Origin: Azolla caroliniana
Lineage: Eukaryota; Plantae; Polypodiophyta
NCBI GenBank assembly: GCA_043228905.1
Contig: JBHGNT010000021.1
Span: 248,001-312,000 of the forward strand
Length of the DNA: 64,000 nt
Direction: 5' to 3'
Shown here: positions 12,322 through 26,419 of the stretch, one piece after another
Numbering within the stretch: position 1 is the first letter of the stretch
Layout: every line of letters begins with the position of its first letter
The notes under the pieces: generated by a model
Told to the model about the DNA's origin: nothing
The model's input: only the letters and a program-made list of their open reading frames with translations
The model's database searches: none
Translations under genes and position numbers: made by a program

Positions 12322-15212
12322 ACGTTGTGATTGATTTCGACGCCCACAAGCTTCTTGTCCCACATGCTCCCCCTATTCCCCTCCTACACAATAGCTCCCT
12401 TCTCCCCCACCTTAGCCAAGTCCAGGTGGCCATCAGTCCATAGGAACGATTGGTCTCCATCCGCCAATTATTAGCTCGTTTTTTGTCACTAACCCTCCAA
12501 CCCATGCATGCTCCTACTATCTCTTTCACGGTACAACATGTCACTCATACTGGGGAAACCACTCCGATTTGCATGGCTACCCGCCGACGTTCCCCCCTTG
12601 ACCATGATTGCATTGATGTTGTTGTCCCTGACATGCTCACCAAAGGTATTATCATTCCTTCCACCAGCGATTGGGTTTTGGAACCCCGCCTCGTCAAGAA
12701 GGATGATGGCACCTTCTGCTTTTGCATCGACTTCAGGCCTCTCAACAAAGTGACTATCCATGACCTCTACCCGCTCCCTCACGTGGACGACTTGTTGGAT
12801 CAGCTCGGTGGCTCACATTATTTCATCTCCCTTGACGCCCACAAGACCGCATTCCGCACACACCGCGGGTTGTTCTAGATCACATGCATCCCGTTCGGTA
12901 TATCTGATGTCGACAACACATTCCAACGCATGGCAAACTCCATCTTTGCAACCCTTATCAGCAAACGTGTTCTCGTTTATCTCAATGACATTTGTATCCA
13001 CATAGCCATTTGGGAGGACCATTTACAAACTCTCGCTAAAGTCCTCGCTTGCATAACTAAGCATAACTTGCAACTCTAATGGAGGAAGTGTCGATGGGGA
13101 AGCACCAGCCTCTGTTTTCTTGGCTTCATCAACTCTGGCGACGGAATCGGTATGGACCCTGCAAAGGTAGCTGCCATCACCGACTACCCTCGCCCCACCT
13201 CAATAAAATCATTGCAACGTTGTTTGGGCATGATCACCTTTTCCCTTTGTTTCCTCCCGAACCTCACCTAGGTCACTTTTCCCCTTCGGCAACTCTTGAA
13301 GAATGGTGTGTCATTCACTTGGGATCGTGCCTGCGAAGCTAGTTTTCGTCGCCTCAAAACCATGGTCGAAGGAATCGGGGTTGCTCGTCCATCCTAACTA
13401 TGACCAACCATTCATGTTGTAGACAGACACATCAAACCATGGGTTAGGAGTCATCCTCCTGCAAGTTGATTTCCACGGGCAAGAAAAGGCGATCACCTTC
13501 ATTAGCCGCACTCTCACGCCGGCTGAACGCAACTACTCAACCACCAAGACGGAACTACTTGCAATCGTCTGATCTTTCTAGCGTTTTCACCCATACCTTC
13601 ATGGTGGACAGGTTACAATTGAGACTGACCACCGGCGCTTACTTTCTCTTATCCATCGACCTCACCCCCTGGGCCGCTTGTTGTGATGGACACTAACACT
13701 CCAAGATTATCAATTTATCTCCTATCAGAATGGTGTTCCTATCAGAATGGTGTTCCTATCAGAATGGTGTAACAAATTTGGTCGTTGTCTCTCTCACGTC
13801 GACTTCTAGGCTGTCCAATTTCTCCTCGAGACATCCGATCTCCTGCTGCCATTGCCACAACTAGCTACACTTTAGCAACACGACCCCACCATCCAAGAGA
13901 TAACCCATCAATTGCACTCCCTCCAATCATTGAGCAACAACGGTTCATGCTCCGCGATAACTTGGTGTTCTTTATTCAGGCGCATCACGAGCCTCGTCTC
14001 TACATCCCTCATGCCCTACATCAAACATATCTCCAATTTTATCACGACCACCCATTGTCGGGCCATTTGGGTTTCCACAAGGTTCTCGACGCCTCAAGTA
14101 TTATTGGCCCAACATGCAACACTCTATCTCTACCTACATCAAGCAATGTGCTTTGTGTCAACACATCAAACCTCCATCACGTCACCTTTCGAGCTTGTCG
14201 GATGGGATTTCATGGGACCTTTTCCCAAAACCTCGAGGGGCAACATGTATATCCTGATCATAACATAATACCTCACCAGATGGGCTGAAGTTGTTGCCAT
14301 CACTAACGTCATTGCGCCAACAATTGCCTCCCAACTTTTGCAAAAGGTAATTTTTCAGTATGGTTGCCTCCCATGGGGATGTCCTCAACGCTTTTGCAAC
14401 TCAACTAGGTGTCCAACAAGTGTGTACGTCCCCGCACCATCCGCAAACAAATAGCCTCATTGAATGCCTCAACAAGACCCTCAACTAGGAGATTGCCACT
14501 TACATCAATCCATACCACAAAACCTAGGATGAAATCTTGCCTTTCGTCACCCATGCCTACAATACATCCATGCAGGTGTCAACACGGATCAACCCTTTTC
14601 AAGCACTCTATGGGCGTGATCCTCGGCTCCCACAAATAGGTTGTTAGCCTATGCACTACATGGTACTCTCTAGTATTGAACGATGTAGATGTTTTGCTTC
14701 TTAAATTGAGAAGCTCTCTCGAAACAATCATAAGATGCCTTGGAACATTGATTCTATTCTAATCCACTCTAAGAATTGACCACTTCATTTATTCTAATGT
14801 TATTCTATCATGTACAAATTAAAAAGTTGATCCCCATCATTTATTAAGAAACACATACCAAATATGGATGAATTGTGTTGCAACAATAATTTAATGAATT
14901 GTGTTGCAACAATAATTTATTAAACGACAGTACAATGGAACAACAAAACTTTGACTATGATTATATTGTTGGACACTAAAAACCTAACACTAAAGAAAAT
15001 TGAACTAACTTCTACAAATTGGACCAGATAGTTTTAGTAATTTCACATAAGATACTAAACGCGATAATAGAATGCAATGGAATTTCACATATCAGAATGT
15101 AAGATATTAAATGATACTGCAAAGAAAATTTTGGATATGACCATATGGTTGTCCCTTAAAAAACCTAACATTATAGAAAAACTAATAAAAAACTTATACA
15201 AATTAGACCATA

Positions 15213-15631
15213 TGGGCTCGGTTTTTGCTCAAATCAAACCAAACCATTAAACCATGGCTTAACGATTTATTAGTTCGAAGATAAATAAATCATTTGGTTT
15301 GGTTTCAAATGTTACTATTTGATTTGGTTTTGAATTTCATGGTTTAGTGGTTTATCAGCTTACCTATATGATAAGTATAATGAACAAATTTATGATGATT
15401 TTCTAACACAAATTTATAATAAGTATGATGATCAATATTTATAAAAAATGGTTTGGTTTGGTTCTAAATTATCTGTAAACGGTTTGGTTTCTCCTATTTT
15501 TTAAACAATTTGGTTTAAACGGTTCGGTTTAAATGGCTTCTTAAATTTTAAACAGTTTGGTTATGTTTTTGTTATGAATAAATGGTTTGGTTTGGTTTCA
15601 AGGCCAAGAAGCCGAACTAGGCCCATTGCTA
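15213..15631. mobile_element. hAT-type MITE
   Basis: Clustered AAACC/GGTTT subterminal motifs, imperfect termini TGGGCTCGG...GGCCCATTGCTA, and an 8-bp flanking duplication (A/G)GACCATA. Confidence 0.55.
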
Positions 15632-16056
15632 GGACCATATTGTTTTGGTAATTTCAAATATACTGTATACAATAGTACGATAGTATATTGCAATAAAACT
15701 TGGCATATGAAGATGTACACACCTAGATCTTCATCATTTAAAAAACCAAAAATGAGAGAAACTGAGCTTCAAGAAAGTGTACAAATTTAGACTAAAAAAG
15801 GTTAGAAATTTCCTATATTATATCTACACACAGGAAGACATTCAACATGACTATACAACGCAATAAAACTTTGCATATGCTGAGACTAAAAAGGTTAGAA
15901 ATTTCCTATTAGAATATCTACACGCAGGAAGACATTGAACATGGCTATACAACGCAATAAAACTTTGCATATGCTGATGTATGTACACATTCAGGTCTTC
16001 ACCATTAAAAACCCACTACAAACATACTCAAGCTTTGAAAATTTGCGCAGATTGGA

Positions 16057-18692
16057 CTAATCATCTTCAAAATACTTATCTTCTGCATCTTGAGAAATTT
16101 CTTCCAGCCAATAATCATCCAGACCAGCATCACAATCAATCTGTACATAATCAACATGATCTGTGTCTTCTCCAGCAAGGAATTTCTCTTGCATTATCCG
16201 TGTGAAATCATCCATCTTACACTCTAATTCATCTGTTGATATAGAAGGCTTGGGGCTACTTTCTCCTGCAATAAACTTGTCATGCATATAACGAGAAAAT
16301 TCCTCTAATCTTGATGCTCTCCTCTCACATCCTTCCTTCCATGTTTCCTCTGATGCAAAAGACCCAAAATGGGTCACAGGGATCGCCACATTCTCATCTA
16401 CATTTGTTTCTTCCACCTATCAGACAAACATAATAGCCAGATTATTTTAGATACTTCTGTAATAGCCAGATATTAGGTAGGTGATAGAGCAGGGCTATCA
16501 CTGGTATTATGAGGTCAGGTAGAGCAGAACATCAGAGGTCAGATCGACATGTTATCAGTAGTAAACTTGTACTGGGCAAGGCAGCACTTCATGGATCACT
16601 CACTAAAAACACATGAGAAGATGGAGATGCTGGCAGTGAGGGATATTATTGATGTTAGGTAGTTTATAGAGCTGGATCTCAATTAGGTCCAGTTAGAACC
16701 CTGACTACCTTGTACAGCTCCTCATGCATGCTGACCACTCTTTGCAAATAGTTGACCCTTCCAGGAGAGCATGGTGATAATAAGGGATCATGACTTCATA
16801 TTAATACCAAGATGCGCATAGGAGAGCATGGTGATAATTAGGGATCATGACTTCATATTAATACCAAGATGCACATAGGAACGGCCATGGCATGTTGGTC
16901 GTGCTTGTGTAAGTGCGCAGGACCAGGGTCGCAAGTTTGCAGACTTTGAAGTTCATTTAACAATAAAGGGCACAAATATATCCAAAATATGCAAAACAAT
17001 TTAAATAAACTGACCTCCATTATTTTTACTTTTTCTTCCTCCTGCTCTTCCTCTTCCTCTATTTCCTGTTGTTCCTCCTCTTCTTCCTCTTCCTCTTCCT
17101 CTTCCTCCTCCTCTTCTTTCATTGGTTCTTCAGTTGGTATTCCTGCCTTTTCTCTTTCAACTTTCAACCGGGCTTGATATTCAGCTTCTTCCCCTTGTCT
17201 TATTAGCATATCAGACCATCGTTCTCCAGGACGAGCAAATGCTCTCTCAGAGGGATCCTGAAATTGTCCTAAAAACTCATGGTAGAGTAGTGGCGCTCTC
17301 ATCCTCATTGAATCTTCAGAAAAGAAATCTCCTCCTTGTATTAATTTATCCATATAGGCAAGCCTCCTGTTCTTTATCAAACTTGCATGAGCCTTCCGCT
17401 CTCGTTCAGTTGATGGCGAGAGAGAGCTCTTTAGATGTTTGAGATGCCAGTTTACTTCATAATCTCCATTGAGAACATCAAACTCTTGGAGTTCAGTTAA
17501 GCTAAGACTCGATCCATGGCGTTCTGCAAAATACTTGTACCATGGATACATCAGAGAAGTGCTTTCTTCCTATATCCTTTTATCCAAATTAATTCAAATC
17601 GATTCACATCATTGACAAATTGAAAACATAGTTTGAAGGAAGGGAATGTGAAACCAATGCCTAATCACCAAGTGATTCCCATTTGAAAATTTGAAGTTTC
17701 TCAGAATAGGAATGCAGAAACTAGGTCAACCAACTTTCCATTTTATGGGAATTAAAGAGATTTTGAGGTAAATTTCTAACTGCTTTGCATTAAATAATCA
17801 ACATCTGTAAAAGAAGAGGCAGAAAACGACCAATCAGATTTGAGATGGGTGAAAATGATTATGGGATCATCAACTCAGGTTTCGGTGGACATAATTTAAG
17901 CAGAAAACGAATTATTTCTAGTAATGTTTCACATAGAACAAAATCAGCTTTTACAGAGAAAGACACAAAAGAGCAATCGAGAGGATAATCCACTGTTGTG
18001 GAAACATAGAATTACTCCAACCAAGCAGTGACAGTAAAGCAGGAAAAATATGTCAGAGAGAAAAACAAAGATGAAGCTTCTTTTGAGGAAACTGGTGGGG
18101 AAGATAGAGAAAGTGTGGCAACATGCGCCTTGTTGCTGTCACAACTGTTATCCAAAAAAACAAAGAGCTTTACTCAGGAATATATGGAATATTTTAGAAT
18201 CACTCCAATCCGAGTTCAGCGATCAGGAAACCAAAAGACGGACATTGACACTCTTGGTCGTAGAAAAATGAGCTTTCTGGTACGGAGCAGTAACGAAAAT
18301 TTCTTTCAATAGAAAACTATGGAGTTTTGTTGATGTGGAACAGTACATTCGAGTGTCTTAACTTAAATAGAAACACAGGGAAGGAAGAACAATTAATTCA
18401 GTTTGCTTAGAGGAGATGTACCAAGAAAAATGGCGGCTTCGCGGTGCAGCAGGTCGAGAAGGTAAGCTTTCTTGTGGGACTGAGAGATGGAGTCACCGTG
18501 ACGAGAGAGAGAGAAGGGGAGGCTAAGGTCTGGCAAAACAGAGAGGCGATCTGCGATCTCTTCTACGGCACGCTCCTGCAGAGTAGGCGAGGAGGAGGAG
18601 GAAGAAGAAGAAGAAGAAGAAGAAGCAGGTGCAGGTGCAGGCGCCATGGTGTCAACAGAGGAAGAAGGCGGTCTGCAGAATTCGAGGCCCAT
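16057..18692 (-). CDS. CCDC97: CCDC97-like (DUF2052) coiled-coil protein, 3 exons: 18692-18422, 17523-17015, 16416-16057
   Basis: GT-AG introns with consistent phases join ...HREAAIFL-ERHG... and ...KIME-VEET.... Family motifs: IKNRRL, FFSEDSMRMRAPLLYHEFLG, poly-E tract, MQEKFLAGED, DYVQID, QDAEDKYFEDD. The start could be the second ATG (18647). Confidence 0.88.
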
Positions 18693-19130
18693 GACAAGTG
18701 AAACGGAAACGGAAACGGAAACGGAAACGGAAACGGAAACGGAGAGAGAGGGTTCTCTGTTCTGTTCTCTGTTCTCTGTTGTCTGTTGTTCTCCTGTGTT
18801 GTTTGTTTTTTGTGTTGTTGGTTCTATTCTCGTTGGTTCTCTCTTTCTTTTCTTTGAAATACATATGTATGTATCAGTGTATGGATTTCCTTTTCAACCT
18901 CTCCCCTGCCTCCTCACCCTCGGGCCTCCCCTCGTTTCCTCTCGTTTGAAGGGTCGGTCCCTCGGTCCATCCACAATCACAATCACAATGTATGAATGTA
19001 TGTATGTATGTATGCATTTGAAGAGAGAAGTGTGTGTGCGTGTGTGTGTGTGTATGTGCATGCGTGCGTGCATGGGGGATCCCATCCATCCAAGCGTATA
19101 TGAATATATGTTTGGTTGGGTGTGCATGTA

Positions 19131-19166
<36 letters not shown>

Positions 19167-22100
19167 ATCACACACATCCATCCTGACGTGTCTAACTCCT
19201 ACCAAATCATAAATGCGCTCGGTTGAGGGCGCGTGCGATCTGCACCATCCAATCTGGATAATAATAATAATAAGCGTGAGCCTAGCAAAAAAACTTGACA
19301 CCCTCTGTCACCAAACGTGACCACACCCTTCAATGTCCAGACACCTTGCTCCTTGGGATATGTGAAAATCATACTACGAAGACCCCCTACCCACAACATC
19401 CTGCAAACACCCTACTAATAATATTCAGACACCCTATTCATAATTTTTAGACACTCAACTCTATTTTTAGACACCTTCCTAATAATTTCTAGACACCCAA
19501 CTTAGAAGGGTTTAGAGTATAAAACGAAGCGCCTATTGATTTTTTGACATTTTTCAAATAGAAGATTGTGCTATTTGGAGGGATTTTCAAATCAAAGATT
19601 TTTCGACATTATGTTCAACTTCGCCACATGCATTACAATCAACATCACCACCTGCAAATCAAACAAGTATGCATTTTATTGTGGCTTGTTGGTTTTTGCT
19701 ATTTGCATAAGTGTGTTTTCTGAAATCAGGGTTTTGTGTTTTTGGAATGGTGAAATGGGCTTGGGTTTCATGTAAAAATGTTGAAATGGTTTGTATAACT
19801 TTTTTAGACCTGTTAAATTAAATGTTAGAAATGGGTTTAGGGTTTTCTGAATCGAAAAATGGGATGATAATGTTAAATGAATCAAGTTTTTGTACGTATT
19901 GTATATGAACTAGGGTTTTCTGTTCTCGAAATCAAAGAATGTGATTGTGCATGATATGTAGTTTCTTAATAATGTTATAATGGATTGGACCTTATGGATT
20001 GTTTATGTTTTTGGGGGTTTAGAATTTACATAGTTGGTTATATATTGTTTGTCGAAGATGGCGGCAAAGTCCAAAGACTTTTAAATGGAAGATGTTGACT
20101 GGGGTGATGCATATCACTCTGAAGGGAGCTATATCATGTCCTCATACTTGCTTTTGAATAACAATTTCTGCATGTGTGCTAACGTTTGTTTTGAATCCAG
20201 GGTTTTTGTTCGAAAGGACACAACTACGAAGATAGAGGCTCAAAACAATATGGACAACACAATGTCGGACCCCATACTGAAACATGCCCCAATAGAGGAA
20301 GACACTCCTAAAGGTAAGTCATACTCCTGGTTGACTAGCTAGCTATGTATATACCATCATAGAAAGATTCTAATGCATATGTCCTATTAGATGTACTTGA
20401 CCCACTCACGCTCCTCCTAAAGGTAAGTCATATTCCTATTTGACTAGCTATGTATATACCATCATAGAAAGATTCTAATGCATGTCCTATTAGATGTACT
20501 TGACCCACTCTCGCTCTTTAAGTGTGGCCGATATTAAGAGGGCAACAAATCTTGATCATATATAGTGCATGATGCATGTCGGGAACAACGGTGGTTTAGG
20601 AAGAAACCAAATATGGATGCACATTTGCAGAATGTTCATGGTATTGATGTAGGCAGAGGTTTTGTTCCACGTCTTTCTTTTGTCATGAGCGGAGACGCCT
20701 TGGGAGATGCTGAAGAAATGTGAGACGTGACGAAGAGATGAATGTCACCCCCCCATCAGTGTCAAGGAAAATGGTAGCAGAAGGAGAAGAAGCATAATTT
20801 TATATGTAGAAGCATCCGTTATCTAATCAACTAGAAGAGTTGTTGTTTCTTTTTTGTATTTGTATTTGTATTGTATAAAATCCTTATATTTTGACTTCTC
20901 CCATCATGATGCATTTTGAGTCAGGAGATTAGAGTCTTGGAAGCCATCTCTAAATCTTAGGGCAATTTCCCAACATATACCCATGGGATTGGATATCGAG
21001 TAGGGTATTCTTTTGACAATATCTTCTTTTCACTATATTCGTTCAATCCCTCAATACAAAAATGCTTGTTCTTGCCAAGATTTGCGTTTAATTTCTCTGC
21101 TTAGACCTTATTGTGTTACCAAAATGAGTCCCTTGGCCTCCTCCTTTCAACTGATATACAGGTTCACAATTAGCTCCATTTTAATTTTCATAAAAAATAC
21201 ATCAAATCCAAAATATCAACCATCCTTATGTTGCACTCATTGGATAAGAATCATTAAGCATGACGTCAAATGTTAGACATCTTCCTTGTGCGAACCAATA
21301 ATGCTCACCATTTCCATCCAAAAGTGTTCATGGTTGCCGTGTACTTTCAAATCTGTACTGCATGAATGAAATTTGGGGATTCCTAAACACCATATTACAA
21401 TTGGGAAAAAGAGCATGTAAAAGTTGTATTTATCTGTTTAAGCTTAGTGTTTCGAGTTGCGAATATGAATATGTACATGATATGTTGCACTAGTATTGCA
21501 CTCAAAAAGGGCATTGAATATTCCCAGACATTCTCTATGTCTAGAATGTCTCTTCAAGTACATTTCTACATTTCATAGTTTTCACTAGACCTGCTTTCTG
21601 GCAGTGCATCCTTGCATCAACTTCTCATTGCCACTCTCTTCCTTTGTGCTTGCTGTTTCTGCAAGATTTATATATTCTTGTCTCAACTTCACCTTCTGTC
21701 TCTGCATCTTTACTGTTTCTACTCCCAACCCAATCGCCATTTCTAATCCTTGAACATGCATCTAGCAATTCTATACTATGATTTTTGCCAGATCAGCATC
21801 AATCCCATGGAAGCTGGCACAAGTTACACGAATGCCCAAGAGTCTGGTTTCAAAACTTGTCCCAAATCCAAATATCTGCATTCCACGAGATGTGTGTTGC
21901 AACACAATAACTAATGTGTTATGCTTCATGTTGTATTCAATGCTTGCATGCAGGTTTGCTTACTGATGTGTTATGCTTCATGCAAGATTTGATTACTATT
22001 GCTTGCAATCATGAATTCAAATGAACTTGGTGCCTAGAATTAAGACACACAACAATGATCACATACTTCATAGGACCTAAAAGCTCCAATGAATCTTCAA

Positions 22101-22214
22101 GTCCCTATATTTAAATCCATTTCACAATCTCAAGCACCCAATTTCATTTATTGTTCAATTTTTTTTGGTCTTATTTGATGTTTTTTTAATTTATGTATAG
22201 GTAGATACATAAAC

Positions 22215-23700
22215 ATGGAAGACAGTCAAGCTACAACTCTTTTATCTTCACCCACAGACACAACATCAGTATCCGTCCCTAGAAACATATCAAGGACAAG
22301 AAAAAGAAGTTCATGGACAAAGCAACACATGGTCACCATCAAGGAGGGAGATGTATCTAAACGTCGATGTGCTTATTGTCACTTGTTATGGTCAAGCTCT
22401 ACATCTACAGGTTCTATTGCCAAGCATTTATTAGATAAGCATAATATGAACTTTGTTGATTCACCCTCTAAGAAGATTACTCTTCAAGTGCAACATGAGG
22501 CTAGTACCAAATGCCTACAATATCTAATCAAGTACCAAGAGTCCTTGAAATCTGTTCCATCTCGAATCGCAATGTTTCTTGACCCTATATAATGTTTTTT
22601 AATCGAAAATTTCCCTTTTTTAATCTTTTTTTTTCTAACTAATAGTGTCTTATGTTTGGATGTAGAGTTCCAAAAGCAACAAATCCAATGGAGAGAAACC
22701 TCGATGTAGAGTTGGTGCAAACTGTTTTTAACAGCAGAATATCATGATCCTAATGTCGAAGATTCTCCATCCGACGATGCATGTGAAGGATCTCAATTTG
22801 AATATATCGAGTTTTGGTGTATCAACAATGAGAAATCTCATGAATCATCAGTCCGATCAGAAATTGAAGATTTCTTGAAGCTTCCACAATCAAAGGCTAC
22901 CATATTTGACCCTCTACATTGGTGGTTTACCAATAGGTTTCATCAATATTGCATCATGTTTTATTAAACACATTTGTTGCTATTGTTGGTGATTAAGAAA
23001 CACATTTTAACATTATCTTTTTTGGTCATTTGTATTAATGATGCCTATAATAGTTTAGATATCAATTTAGAAGAGATGATGGCAGAGGATGATGTTATTG
23101 AATATTGACAAATGAAAATGTTGGAATACAACCAACTCGAACAATTGATGACTTCTCACATTTTTTGAATAGTAAACATTTACATTTTTCTCATTTTATG
23201 TTTTCTCCTCCTTTTTAAACTAAGAGACATTTGTCTTGTTTTTCTTTAAATTTTTTTCATTGATTTTGTTTTCGTGTTATTGTTGGTACTAAAGAGACAT
23301 TTTGATCCTTATAATGTGTTTCAATCGTCATTAAATTCACTAATTCTTCAGAGATTGAAATGTTAAACAAAGCATTAAGCGTTTTAGTTGTTTTTATCAA
23401 AACATACTATTTGATCTTCATCACTTGTCTTTACTTACCATTTATGAGAATAATTTTTGTTCCCATAGAATACTTCCATGAGTTCCAACATTGCCTATAT
23501 TATTGGGTAATAACCATATGTAAGGTTTAGGGTTAGGAGCTTTTAGTATATATTTCAAAATGTCAAGTTATAATATTCCAAACCGGTTTCGGGATCGGTT
23601 TGGTTCAAGTTTAAGAACCATTAAACGGTTTAGGCTTAAGCAGTTTGGCTTGGATAAGGCCAAACCGGCTAAGCCTAAACCGAACCGTTGCTGATTCCTA
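22215..23700 (+). mobile_element. Internally deleted, degraded hAT DNA transposon
   Basis: BED finger CAYCHLLWSSSTSTGSIAKHLLDKH, IAMFLDP motif, dimerisation-domain remnant DPLHWW at ~22910. AACCG/CGGTT subterminal repeats at 23580-23690 ending in CCTA. Left end not found. Confidence 0.75.
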
Positions 23701-23939
23701 TTTGGAAACATAATCTCTTGGCCTCATATAAGTCTAGAGAGTTGGTTTGTAACTCTTTGTAACGAGAATAAGAATTTATTATGTTCCAAGTTTAGCAAAT
23801 AATTTGTCTATTCGAGTCATCTTCTCTTTGCATTTGCAATGCACAAATAATTTAAAATGAAATAATTGTATGTGCTACGTCCCTTGCGATTTCTATCATG
23901 CCAAACATGTCGTGTTGCATTCATTTAGTGGTTTAAAAT

Positions 23940-24267
23940 TGTTAAGAGATCAAGCTCAACTTAGTTTAGTTAGTTAGTCAACCATGTAACTTCGTAGTTA
24001 CCTAGATAGAATCTAGTTAGAAGTGTTGACTATAACACCTTAAATAGGACCTTGTACTTAAGTGGGATATTCTAGATCCTCCACTCCCAAGTACCTTTAA
24101 TATAGGACTTACACTTTTGTACCTATATTATCCTCAAACATGTGCACCCTTGCACATGAGATCTATATATACCTCATTGTAGGTATTTTTGTATTTGATG
24201 ATGATAATGCTAATTTAATATAGAGTTAATCATCCCCCATCTTGTGTTGTTCATAAGTGTTAACTTC

Positions 24268-24340
<73 letters not shown>

Positions 24341-24417
24341 CACTTAATCTTCCGCTTATCAACTAATCACATAATTAGGTACTAATTAACCCTTGCTTAA
24401 TTACCTAATTATTAACA
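23940..24417 (+). mobile_element. Copia solo LTR with 5-bp TSD (AAAAT), related to the LTR at 5670
   Basis: Begins TGTTAAGAGATCAAGCTCAACT (compare TGTTGAGAATCAAGCTCAACT at 5670) and ends ATTAACA. AAAAT at 23935-23939 and 24418-24422. Contains a (CT)n(CA)n microsatellite. Confidence 0.85.
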
Positions 24418-25004
24418 AAAATATTCAACGTGTTTTTGATAGCCAACACATAAAACTAGGCAGCATAGAACAACAAATGCATATTGTATTTTTTTAGACA
24501 ATATCAACTATGTGGTGACATTTGGTACATGATCACTCATCCATTAGTTGCAAGCGGCTATCCATGAACCATATTCGTTAGATGCACAATTGTACCAATT
24601 CATTAGATTCATTGTACATCTATGTGGTAGGAGTTATGTATCAGACTCTATAATTTTGTATATGAAACAAACATTTTGTACATGACTCTACAATTTGGGA
24701 TATGAAACAACCCAAATTGTAGAGTCGGATTTAAAAGTTTGGGAAGTGTTGAACAATTTGGGAGATAGTGTGTAATAAATAAAAAGTTTGTGAGCTTCTA
24801 GCATATTATATTCAGCCATGACAGATTCCTTCATCCGACTACTCAATATGCATGTCAGACACCCTACCCATTAATCAGACGCCCAACTAATTTCATACAC
24901 CTTACCCATTGACCAACCACCCTACTCATCCAAGATGCCTACACAGTAACGTTTGCCAACTCGCTAATCAATTGCACTACCCATTAACTAGGCGCCCAAC
25001 TAAT

Positions 25005-25514
25005 AATGAAAATCACTTCATTTCCATCTGTTATTCCTCGGTTTAGAACTGAAAATCTGGTTATTTGGCGTACTGTTACGTCACTAGCGCTGTGGACAAT
25101 ATGGAAAACGAGATGCGATGCTGTTTTTAATAATGCTCACATACATCTCAATAATATGCTTATTGAATTCTGGTGGTTATTTGTCCACACCATACGTGGA
25201 CAATATGATGATTTGCAGGGTACAACTGATGCTCAAAGGCAACGTCAAGTGGACTTTAAGAAACGGTGGCGAGGGCTTCACTTATTTTCAGATACGTCTC
25301 TTGGTATGAAGTGGAATTATTCCATTCCTCCTTTTTTATTGCATAGCTTGTAGATGGTGTTCCATTTGTTCCTATTGTGATATCATCTGTATCATCAGAT
25401 GTTGGTATTAGGTTTTGTATTACAATAGAGGTGAGATGAAATGTCTCCCTCTGTTTTCTATATGTACATTTCTCAAGTAATTTACTAAGGTGTATCTTTT
25501 TAATAAAAAAAAAA
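25005..25514 (+). mobile_element. 5'-truncated L1-like LINE with poly(A) and 19-bp TSD
   Basis: ORF2 C-terminal remnant WRTVTSLALWTIWKTRCDAVFNN. Poly(A) at ~25505-25516. TSD AACTAGGCGCCCAACTAAT at 24986-25004 and 25515-25533. Confidence 0.9.
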
Positions 25515-26247
25515 AACTAGGCGCCCAACTAATTTCATACACCCTACTCATTAACCAACTACTTTCATACGATTCCAATGCTTAAACACACTCATTTTCC
25601 TAATTGCGCACAGAATAATTGCATCGTAACATTCAGAAAAATACATATTAGCAGTCTGACAGTTATCAAACATTGATTTCCTTCTTATGTATATGTATGT
25701 ATGTATGTATTAAGTGTTGAACTTATATATATATATATATATAAGCCCAAAGATAGAGCAAACTTATGAAATGTTGGTTAAATAGGTAGGGTGAGGAGGA
25801 GTACATTAATATACATTACCATAGCCTCCATTTTGATGTTTGTTTCTCAGAATTGACCAAGAAGCAAAAAGTGTGGAATAGAGATTTAAACTTTGCACCA
25901 TTTGAACCCCAACAATGGCTTTAATCAATAAGCTATTCTCTTTTAATCACATAACTCATTATTATCTTTGTTGATCTCTTTATTACTTTCATCTAGTGAC
26001 AGAGTCGGACACTTTGTGACAAAGTGGTGCTCATAGTAGGGGCCTTTTTTTATTGAGGCACTTTGTTTTATCTTAGATCGGACAGTGCAAATCGCACGTG
26101 CCATCGGCCAAGCGCCCTAGCCGCGATTCTCTCGCCAGCCCTACTTATTATTTGGTAGCAATTAGACACGAGCCATCCATCCACACACACACACACACAC
26201 ACAAGTTACACCTCCCTCTATCTATGTATACCAAGTATGTACCTACC

Positions 26248-26293
<46 letters not shown>

Positions 26294-26419
26294 ACTCTAT
26301 AATGACCAGCCCATCCTTCACATCTCTTTTACACTCTAATTACCAGCTATTTCTCATTCTCCTTCAACTTGCATACATACACACAGTCTCTGAGTTAAGT
26401 AAGAAGTAAATGGTGTCTG

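Larger units (their letters stand above)
9739..14640 (+). mobile_element. Degraded Ty3/gypsy retrotransposon interrupted by a solo LTR
   Basis: PBS-like TGGTGGAGAAGTGGGG at 9871. Gag zinc knuckle CFYCNNYGH at ~10753, protease LLDSGS at ~10995, RT VKKDDGTFCFCIDFRPLNK and degenerate YLND, RNase H, integrase HDHPLSGHLG and WDFMGPFP. Gypsy domain order (PR-RT-RH-INT) with many stops and frameshifts. Confidence 0.88.

Noticed and set aside
13720-13772. 3 x 17-bp repeat CCTATCAGAATGGTGTT
   Set aside because: Local slippage within a dead gypsy pol; no evidence of function.
14860-16880. Small direct duplications (~14868-14920, ~15790-15975, ~16765-16880)
   Set aside because: Ordinary short tandem duplications in intergenic, UTR or intron DNA with no further structure.
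18444-19301. ORFs with ETETET, KRKRKR or poly-T/V tracts
   Set aside because: Translations of (GAAACG)n, (GT)n and (TAC)n microsatellites in the CCDC97 leader and promoter.
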